The position numbers and the translations under genes are program-made. Shown in pieces: positions 56,814 to 64,000 of a DNA stretch of 64,000 nt. The notes under the pieces were generated by a model. The model ran no database searches and was not told the DNA's origin. It was given only the letters and a program-made list of their open reading frames with translations. The DNA is from Nitrospinaceae bacterium (GTDB taxonomy: Bacteria > Nitrospinota > Nitrospinia > Nitrospinales > VA-1): assembly GCA_023271875.1 (NCBI GenBank), contig JALPWY010000003.1:3888-67887 (forward strand), read 5' to 3'. Numbering within the stretch: the first letter of the stretch is position 1; each line of letters starts with the position of its first letter.

Positions 56814-57965
56814 ATGATAAAAAAAATTTTAGTCGCCGACAACAGTATTACTATACAAAAGATCGTGGCCATGGCCTTTGAACAGGAAGATGCTGTCGTT
56901 GAGGGTATTAGTAAGGGGAAAGATGCCCTCGATAAAATGAAAACTTTTAAACCAGACATTGTTTTGGCGGATATTGACATGCGAGATTTGACAGGGTTTG
57001 AATTATCTAAAAAAATTAAAAATGATCCAAAATTTAACCCCACAAAAGTACTTCTCTTAGCTAGTGACTTTGAGGACTTCAATAAAAGTTTATTTGATAG
57101 TTCCGGCGCTGATGACCACATTGCAAAACCTTTTAAATCAGAAGACATTATAAAAAAAGTTAACGATCTGCTTTCAGAAAAATCGCCTGACTCCATTAAT
57201 GAAACTATCAATCTAACGCCGGTTGACTTAGAAGTTTCTGTTGAATCCACTGAAACAACTATTGAACTTTCTACAGAAGACATGCTCGAAGAAGAAAATT
57301 CTACTATCAATCTTTCCTCGGCAGACCTGGATGAATCAATAGGTCCTGCCCCTGTAGAAGAGGTAGAACAGAAGAAATTTAAAGAAGATACTCTCGACAC
57401 AATGATCAAGGATGTCGAATCCTTAAAAAAAGAAGTCGAGCCTTCAGATGCTGACTATGACGAACTGAGCGAAGAAGTAGCTCCTACGCAGGAAGATGCC
57501 GTCGGGGATGAGTTGGACATGGCTTTCCGAGAGATAGTAAATTTTGGTTCTCCAAAAGAACCCGATAATATTTCAAGCAACCAACTTGAACCGATCAGTG
57601 GGCCCTCCACCGTGGAGGGTATTATCCCCGAACCGGAAGACCTGTTGGGGGGAATAACTTCCTCCTCGGTGGAAGGTGAGAACAGGTTAACTGTCCCGAG
57701 TTCGATGGGGGAAAATTCTTCTCACCCTTCACAAGTATCTCATAAGATTAAAAGCCAGCAAGCCACAACTACGCAAGAGAACCAAACCCTGGCAGACCAA
57801 GTCGGGCATCCCCCAGAAGATATGATTCATGCTTTTATTGAAAGAGAACTTTCCGAACTGTCAAATAGCATCACTCAATCTGTACGAGAAATAGTTCAAG
57901 AAATCACCCCAAAAATTGTTAGAGTAATTGTAAAAGAAGAAATCGACAAGATCAAAAATTCATGA
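56814..57965 (+). CDS. Response regulator receiver domain protein with a long acidic low-complexity region and a conserved helical C-terminus
   Basis: CheY-like domain (KILVADNS...DIVLADIDM...HIAKPF). About 200 aa of Glu/Asp/Ser-rich sequence follows, then ...ELSELSNSITQSVREIVQEITPKIVRVIVKEEIDKIK. Confidence 0.8.
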   Translation: MIKKILVADNSITIQKIVAMAFEQEDAVVEGISKGKDALDKMKTFKPDIVLADIDMRDLTGFELSKKIKNDPKFNPTKVLLLASDFEDFNKSLFDSSGADDHIAKPFKSEDIIKKVNDLLSEKSPDSINETINLTPVDLEVSVESTETTIELSTEDMLEEENSTINLSSADLDESIGPAPVEEVEQKKFKEDTLDTMIKDVESLKKEVEPSDADYDELSEEVAPTQEDAVGDELDMAFREIVNFGSPKEPDNISSNQLEPISGPSTVEGIIPEPEDLLGGITSSSVEGENRLTVPSSMGENSSHPSQVSHKIKSQQATTTQENQTLADQVGHPPEDMIHAFIERELSELSNSITQSVREIVQEITPKIVRVIVKEEIDKIKNS

Positions 57966-58154
57966 GAAGCGTAAGTCGTTTCTCCGATCCAATCTGTTTC
58001 TCAAAATAAAACTACTTTAATTTTTTATATGTCAGCGTGGTAATACATCTACGCATGTTTATTTTTTTATTCCACATCTTCTCAGAGTTGAATTCTACGC
58101 GAGAACCTTACCCTAAATTATAAGAAAACCTGGCTTGATGAAAATTATCTATTC

Positions 58155-60818
58155 ATGGATCAATTAGAAAAAATTTACAGCCCTAAAGAAGTTGAGGAAC
58201 GCTGGGAAAAATACTGGGGGGAAAACCGATTGTTTCATGGTGATGAAACATCAACGAAAAAACCATTTTCAATAGTAATTCCACCCCCAAATGTCACGGG
58301 GTCCCTGCACATGGGGCATGCCTTCAACAACACACTCCAGGATATTCTTGCCCGCTGGAAACGTATGTTGGGATTTGAAGTTCTATGGCAGCCTGGAACG
58401 GACCATGCTGGCATCGCCACTCAAAATGTCGTTGAGCGTCAATTACACGCTGAGGGAATCAATCGTCAAGAAATAGGGCGCGAAGAATTTATCAAGCGTG
58501 TCTGGAAGTGGCGAGAGGAATCGGGGGGAACTATTAATCACCAGTTAAGTAAGCTGGGGAGTTCTTTGGATTGGGAAAGAGATCGATTTACGATGGACGA
58601 AGGTCTTTCAAAAGCAGTTCGAGAAGTTTTTGTCTCTCTTTACGAAGAGGGATTAATTTATAAGGGGGACTACATAATCAATTGGTGCCCTAGATGCCTG
58701 ACAGCACTCTCGGACCTGGAGGTGGAACACCAGGAGACCCAAGGGCACCTTTACAACATAAGATATCAATTCAAAAACAGTAAAAGTTCATTAACTATAG
58801 CGACGACACGCCCTGAAACTTTGCTGGGCGATTCCGCCGTCGCAGTTAATCCAAAAGATAAACGCTACCAAAGTATGATTGGTGAAACTCTCATCCTTCC
58901 TCTCTTGGGACGAGAACTCCCACTGATTGGAGACAATTATGTTGACTCCTCTTTCGGGTCGGGAGCACTAAAAGTAACTCCCGCACATGATCCTAATGAT
59001 TTTGAGCTTGGGCGTCTCCACGATCTAGAGCTGATTAATGTTATGAACCCTGACGGTTCTATGAACGAAGAAGCTGGGCCACTCTACCAAGGGCTTGATC
59101 GTTTTACCTGCCGACAAAAATTAGTTGAAAATCTAAAAGTACAAAATTTTTTGGAAAGCATCGAAGAGCATATGCACTCCGTAGGACACTGTTATCGTTG
59201 TCATACAGTAGTGGAACCTTGTGTGTCCACTCAATGGTTTGTTAAAACTAAACCTCTCGCCAAATCAGCTATCGAGACTGTGAAAAGTGGTCGCATACAC
59301 ATAGTCCCTAAACTTTGGGAAAACACCTATTTTAACTGGATGGAAAATATCCGTGACTGGTGTATTTCAAGACAAATCTGGTGGGGTCACCAGATTCCTG
59401 CATGGAACTGTCCAGCATGCGAGAAAGTAACAGTTGCTCGGGAAACTCCAAAGACGTGTTCTCACTGCAAAGAAGGTAACCTAATTCAGGAAGTCGATGT
59501 TCTTGATACTTGGTTCAGTTCTGCGCTTTGGCCTTTCTCAACATTAGGCTGGCCTGAACAAACTCAAACTCTGAAAAAGTTTTACCCCACGTCAGTGCTT
59601 TGCACGGGATTTGACATTCTCTTTTTCTGGGTAGCAAGAATGATCATGATGGGGATTAAATTTATGGACAATATTCCCTTCCACAGTGTTTATATCCACG
59701 CGCTAATTCGCGATTCTGAAGGGCAAAAAATGAGCAAAACAAAAGGAAATGTAATCGACCCATTAACCATGATGGACAAGTACGGCACAGATGCTCTCCG
59801 CTTCACATTAGCAGCATTTGCCGCACAAGGTCGCGACATAAAACTTTCAGAAGAACGCATCGAGGGATACCGAAATTTTTGTAATAAATTATGGAATGCT
59901 TCTCGTTTTGTATTGATGAATCTAGATGACTATAATGGAACCTACAAATTAATCCCTAATGGAGAGCGCCCCGCAGCACACCGTTGGATTCTAAGTCGCT
60001 TAAATGAAGCATGCCGCGAAGTTAACCATGCGCTTGAGGAATTTAAATTTAATGACGCGGCTTCTTCCATATACAAATTTATATGGAACGAATACTGTGA
60101 CTGGTTTTTGGAACTATCCAAACCTCATTTGTATGGTGGAGATAACCGCAAAGAAACTCAAAATATACTTGTCTATGTGCTGGAAAATTGCCTGCGCTTA
60201 CTTCACCCATTTATGCCATTTATCACGGAAGAAATACACAGCAAACTGCCAGGAGCAAGCGGCAGCATTATGAAAGATCCATTTCCAGAGTACAAAGAAA
60301 ATAATGTGGATTTAGAAGCAGAAAAAACTTTTTCCACTGTCATTAATGTCATTGACTGTGTCCGAAATGTTCGCGGAGAAATGAATTTAAACCCCGGTCT
60401 CAACCTAGATCTTCTCATTAGGACCAAGCATGCTCATGAAGCCACAACACTAAAACATAACACAAAGTATATCAATGCTTTATCTCGGGCAAACGTTATC
60501 GAATCCGGCCCCACAGTAAAAAAACCAAGTGTGTCTACCTCATCCGTTTGTGACGGAATGGATATCTTCATTCCTCTTGAAGGAAAAATTAATTTTACAG
60601 AAGAAAAAAAACGCGTCGAAAAAGAGTTGAAAAAAATTGAAAAAGATATCATAGTCTTTGATAAGAAACTCTCCAATAAGAATTTCATCGATAAGGCACC
60701 CTCAGAGGTTATCGAGAAAGATAGTCAGAGAAAAAAGTTCCTCTCTGAAAAGCAAGCGCGACTGAGAATCCACCTGGAAACTGTTAATATTGCGCTCTCC
60801 TGGCAAAATTTAGATTAA
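58155..60818 (+). CDS. valS: Valine--tRNA ligase
   Basis: Motifs: HIGH region PPPNVTGSLHMGHA, KMSKS region KMSKTKGN, and a C-terminal coiled coil. 887 aa. Confidence 0.97.
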   Translation: MDQLEKIYSPKEVEERWEKYWGENRLFHGDETSTKKPFSIVIPPPNVTGSLHMGHAFNNTLQDILARWKRMLGFEVLWQPGTDHAGIATQNVVERQLHAEGINRQEIGREEFIKRVWKWREESGGTINHQLSKLGSSLDWERDRFTMDEGLSKAVREVFVSLYEEGLIYKGDYIINWCPRCLTALSDLEVEHQETQGHLYNIRYQFKNSKSSLTIATTRPETLLGDSAVAVNPKDKRYQSMIGETLILPLLGRELPLIGDNYVDSSFGSGALKVTPAHDPNDFELGRLHDLELINVMNPDGSMNEEAGPLYQGLDRFTCRQKLVENLKVQNFLESIEEHMHSVGHCYRCHTVVEPCVSTQWFVKTKPLAKSAIETVKSGRIHIVPKLWENTYFNWMENIRDWCISRQIWWGHQIPAWNCPACEKVTVARETPKTCSHCKEGNLIQEVDVLDTWFSSALWPFSTLGWPEQTQTLKKFYPTSVLCTGFDILFFWVARMIMMGIKFMDNIPFHSVYIHALIRDSEGQKMSKTKGNVIDPLTMMDKYGTDALRFTLAAFAAQGRDIKLSEERIEGYRNFCNKLWNASRFVLMNLDDYNGTYKLIPNGERPAAHRWILSRLNEACREVNHALEEFKFNDAASSIYKFIWNEYCDWFLELSKPHLYGGDNRKETQNILVYVLENCLRLLHPFMPFITEEIHSKLPGASGSIMKDPFPEYKENNVDLEAEKTFSTVINVIDCVRNVRGEMNLNPGLNLDLLIRTKHAHEATTLKHNTKYINALSRANVIESGPTVKKPSVSTSSVCDGMDIFIPLEGKINFTEEKKRVEKELKKIEKDIIVFDKKLSNKNFIDKAPSEVIEKDSQRKKFLSEKQARLRIHLETVNIALSWQNLD

Positions 60819-60850
60819 GCTAGGAAACAACCCAAAGTTATTTGTATTTT

Positions 60851-62659
60851 ATGGAAGCCAAGACAAAAACCATAACACGAGAAGACATCGCCGAAGAAGC
60901 CAAGTGGGATCTCAACGGTTTATATTTGCAGGAATCCTTTTGGCAAGAGGACTTTAAAAAATTAGAAGCAGATCTTGCAGGTTACGAATCTTTTAAGGGA
61001 ACCCTTGCCAGTTCAGCGAAAACCATTAAAGCATGTATTGAATTTGACATCGGTATCTCTCGAAAGATAGAAAAGCTTTATATCTATGCCCACCTTCGGA
61101 ACGACGAAGATAAAACCCACACCAAAAATCAAGGCAATTTTGAAAAAATAGTTCGTTTGCATACACTCGCAGCGCAAGCGAGTAGCTATATTCCATCCGA
61201 ACTTATGGCTATTGCAGAAGATCGGATGCACCATTTCTTGCAGAATAAGGAATTGAGTTTTCACAAACTACACTTAGAGAGAATACTACGATATAGGAAA
61301 CACACCCTCTCTGAAAAAGAAGAAAAGCTTCTTGCCTCGTCTGCAGAAATCGCTAGAACTGCACGGGATGCCTTTGAAATGCTGGATAACGCAGACCTCA
61401 AACTTGGTACCGTTATGGACGAAAATGGGAATGAAGTAGTTATTACACAAGGAAACTTTCAAAGCATAATGCAAAACCAAGACCGTAGAGTCCGTAAAGA
61501 AGCTTTTGAAGAATTCTATAGCGCATATTCTGATCATCAATACACATTCGCATCTCTTCTTTCCAGCAATATCAAGAAAGATATTTTCTACGCACGTGAG
61601 AAAAATCATGCTTCGGTCAGAGAAAAAGCCATGTTTAACGAAAATATCCCCGTTGAGGTCTACGACAACCTCATTGCATCAGTTCACGAAAACATGGCAC
61701 CTCTACACAAATATTTTTTCTTAAGGAAAAAGATCCTTAAGCTTGATCAAATTCATATCTACGATACGAGCGTACCATTAGTAAAAAGTATTCATTGGCA
61801 TGTAGGGTACAACGATTCAGTAAAAAAAATTCTCAACTCTCTCCAACCCCTAGGGTCCGACTACACAGAAGTGCTAAGAAAGGGGCTTATCCAAGATCGT
61901 TGGGTAGACCGTTATGAGTCAAAAGGCAAACGAAGTGGAGCCTATTCGTCGGGGTGTTATGACTCAAATCCTTTTATCCTGATGAATTACCAAGAAGATA
62001 ATATTAACAGTATGTACACCCTAGCCCATGAAGCAGGACATTCCATGCACTCGTTTCTCTCACGAAAGACACAACCCTACCTTTACGCTGATTACACCAT
62101 CTTCGTCGCTGAAGTGGCATCTACATTCAACGAAGCCCTTCTTACAAAATATCTTTTTTCACAGGACATTGATAAAAGTATGAAAATTTATCTCACTTGC
62201 AGAGAAATAGATAATTTGCGAGGGACTCTCTACAGACAAACCATGTTCGCCGAATTCGAACACCTGATTTATGCCTCAGCAGAAAAAAACCAACCAATGA
62301 CTCTAGATGCTTTTAAGGATATTTACCAAAAACTGCTCAAAGAATATTTTGGTGAAAATACTACTCTTGACGATTGCCTATCCATCGAATGTTTTAGAAT
62401 TCCACATTTTTACTTTAGTTTTTATGTTTATAAGTACGCTACCGGAATTTCGGCCGCCTATGCCTTAGTAGACATGGTTTCGGAGGGAGGTACAACTGAA
62501 TTGAACGATTATTTAAATTTTCTAAAAGGAGGAGGATCGAAGTACCCTATCGACCTTCTGAAAGGTGCGGGGGTGGATATGACTTCTCCAGAACCAGTTC
62601 GGACCGCTCTGAAAAAGTTTTCTGCTCTAGTGAACCAGCTTGAGACGCTAACCAACTGA
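60851..62659 (+). CDS. pepF: Oligoendopeptidase F (M3B family)
   Basis: Zinc motif HEAGHSMH. The length and the C-terminal GGSKYPIDLLKGAGVDM are typical of PepF. The ATG at 60851 is preferred. Confidence 0.9.
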   Translation: MEAKTKTITREDIAEEAKWDLNGLYLQESFWQEDFKKLEADLAGYESFKGTLASSAKTIKACIEFDIGISRKIEKLYIYAHLRNDEDKTHTKNQGNFEKIVRLHTLAAQASSYIPSELMAIAEDRMHHFLQNKELSFHKLHLERILRYRKHTLSEKEEKLLASSAEIARTARDAFEMLDNADLKLGTVMDENGNEVVITQGNFQSIMQNQDRRVRKEAFEEFYSAYSDHQYTFASLLSSNIKKDIFYAREKNHASVREKAMFNENIPVEVYDNLIASVHENMAPLHKYFFLRKKILKLDQIHIYDTSVPLVKSIHWHVGYNDSVKKILNSLQPLGSDYTEVLRKGLIQDRWVDRYESKGKRSGAYSSGCYDSNPFILMNYQEDNINSMYTLAHEAGHSMHSFLSRKTQPYLYADYTIFVAEVASTFNEALLTKYLFSQDIDKSMKIYLTCREIDNLRGTLYRQTMFAEFEHLIYASAEKNQPMTLDAFKDIYQKLLKEYFGENTTLDDCLSIECFRIPHFYFSFYVYKYATGISAAYALVDMVSEGGTTELNDYLNFLKGGGSKYPIDLLKGAGVDMTSPEPVRTALKKFSALVNQLETLTN

Positions 62660-62696
62660 TGTTTTTATTAATTTCTATATTATGTAGAGGAATACG

Positions 62697-63536
62697 ATGT
62701 TAAAAAAACCCGGCAGCAACCAGCGACCCAACCGAGGTAACAGTCGAAAACGAGGTAATTCGAATGTATCGAGAAATGGTCAAAAGCATAACAATGTGAA
62801 TGAAAGCTCAAACCGAAACACTGAGCATAGAAGGAAATCACACGAAACACATCTTTGGGCTTCGTCCGCTTCCTCATCAACAACATTGACCTCTCACCTC
62901 TCCATGGTCAATAGGCGAAACCAGGATGGGCCAAGAAAAAATACTGGAAATACGAATGCGACAGGAAGGTCAAACGGGAAACCAAGAGTACCGTCTAACC
63001 ATAAAAAAAATGGGCGAACCCGAGACAAAGCTCAGCAACACACCAATAAAAGGTACCCTAATAATAAATCTAACTCAGCCCACATAAAACAATCGCCCAG
63101 TGAAGCACAAGCTACCTCTAATGCTTCGGCACAAGGGGGGAAAATCGAACACAGTAGTATTTTTAAATCTAAAACAAATACCTTTGGTATAGATCCATTC
63201 GAACTATTTTGCGCTTATCATTTAGGGATCACATCTCAGAACCAGTATCGCCCATCAAATATTAATGATGTGGCTAACCGGTTTAAAATTGACGTTAGTA
63301 CAACTCGACAAATATTAAAAGAGTATGAAATGGACTCGGCATCTTTACTTGACCGAGACTTTGATATGGCTCTTGCACAGCTTGACATTCAGGTTGCACC
63401 AGAAGGAATTAACCGTACCGAATTAGGGAGAAATATTTTCGAGGATTTCTTAGAAGCCCCGATAAAAAAACGGGACTGGAAAAAGATTTTAGAAGACGAC
63501 AAAAAAGAAAACGAAAAAACATTTGGCCAAGGATAG
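62697..63536 (+). CDS. Hypothetical protein: roughly 170-aa highly basic low-complexity N-terminus plus roughly 100-aa folded C-terminal domain
   Basis: The N-terminal part is rich in Asn, Arg, Lys, Ser and Thr. The C-terminal GIDPFELFCAYHLGITSQNQYRPSNINDVANRFKIDVSTTRQILKEY looks globular and HTH-like. Confidence 0.5.
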   Translation: MLKKPGSNQRPNRGNSRKRGNSNVSRNGQKHNNVNESSNRNTEHRRKSHETHLWASSASSSTTLTSHLSMVNRRNQDGPRKNTGNTNATGRSNGKPRVPSNHKKNGRTRDKAQQHTNKRYPNNKSNSAHIKQSPSEAQATSNASAQGGKIEHSSIFKSKTNTFGIDPFELFCAYHLGITSQNQYRPSNINDVANRFKIDVSTTRQILKEYEMDSASLLDRDFDMALAQLDIQVAPEGINRTELGRNIFEDFLEAPIKKRDWKKILEDDKKENEKTFGQG

Positions 63537-63563
63537 CTTTAAACCCACCATCAGTTGAAAATC

Positions 63564-64000
63564 TTAATTAAGGTCTGCCCCTAAATTCACACGCTCAAAC
63601 TTTAATCCCTCCCGCACAATCCTATCCTGCAAGCCTTTAGCCAGTCCGTTAGAACAATTTAAATCGTTCATCAACATAGAAAACGCAAATCGTTCTCCAT
63701 CAGCGGATTGAAAATAACCTGATAATGCGCTAACAGAATTCAACGTCCCTGTTTTTACCCGTGCACGCTCTACTCTGTTGCGTCCATTCATTCGTTTTAA
63801 AACATTGCCGTCCCTACCCATTACTCCTAAAGCAGAAATAAATTCTGGGTAGACTCCAAGATCCTCGTACATATCCTGAAGCACCGATACAATCTGATCT
63901 GGACTCAGTCGGTTTTGTCTCGACAAACCAGACCCATCTAAAATTGAAAATTCCTCCGGTTTATATTTTAGAGACTGCATATATTCATCCATCGCACGTA
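63564..64000 (-). CDS. dacB: D-alanyl-D-alanine carboxypeptidase/endopeptidase PBP4 family, C-terminal part (5' end outside the window)
   Basis: Motifs: GSGLSRQNRLSP and VRAKTGTLNSVSALSGY (KTG box). The frame stays open to the window edge. Confidence 0.8.
   Translation of the reverse strand, partial: RAMDEYMQSLKYKPEEFSILDGSGLSRQNRLSPDQIVSVLQDMYEDLGVYPEFISALGVMGRDGNVLKRMNGRNRVERARVKTGTLNSVSALSGYFQSADGERFAFSMLMNDLNCSNGLAKGLQDRIVREGLKFERVNLGADLN

Noticed and set aside
56798-57409. 203-aa ORF antisense to the response-regulator gene.
   Set aside because: The product is Ser/Phe/Ile-rich. It is the mirror image of the GAA/GAT-rich acidic coding strand, with no RBS or motif. The same reasoning applies to the other long antisense ORFs, for example 8659..9027, 29436..29813, 30908..31312 and 54598..54978.

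Overview
This is a 64-kb chromosomal segment from an AT-rich bacterium (about 40% G+C by eye). The gene content indicates a flagellated, Gram-negative-type cell: YidC with a large periplasmic domain, PBP4, FliD/FliW/CsrA and a sigma-54 activator. I cannot assign a taxon from the sequence alone.

Most of the window is housekeeping:
- selO (3' part)
- two class I flavoprotein disulfide reductases
- gcvT-gcvH-gcvPA
- lepA-lepB
- rpmH-rnpA-yidD-yidC-mnmE
- aroDE
- leuCD-type dehydratase
- an SbcD/YhaO plus YhaN-like ATPase pair
- Nif3
- an Opp/Dpp-type permease pair
- an ABC-F ATPase
- valS, pepF, and dacB (partial)

There is one tRNA (Phe-GAA). I saw no rRNA, CRISPR array, transposase, integrase or phage genes.

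The least ordinary part is a late-flagellar accessory region at about 23.3-30.5 kb, all on the minus strand. It holds a FliD-like cap protein, a FlgN-like protein, several uncharacterised small or disordered proteins, and a regulatory-domain-less sigma-54 activator. It also carries sigma-28-type promoter motifs. One faces the expected direction; three sit on the opposite strand at the 3' flanks of the flagellar genes, which suggests antisense or excludon-like transcription.

Other points worth follow-up:
- EF-hand-like Asp/Asn loops inserted in the FliD-like protein
- a secreted four-repeat Cys-pair protein translationally coupled to the YhaO/YhaN-like nuclease-ATPase operon
- a protein made of three PCP_red-like repeats
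- an internally duplicated acidic CX6CX4C protein in a very AT-rich islet next to a much more GC-rich selO
- an all-Cys Rieske-like small protein

All functional calls come from motif recognition by eye. No searches or computations were run.
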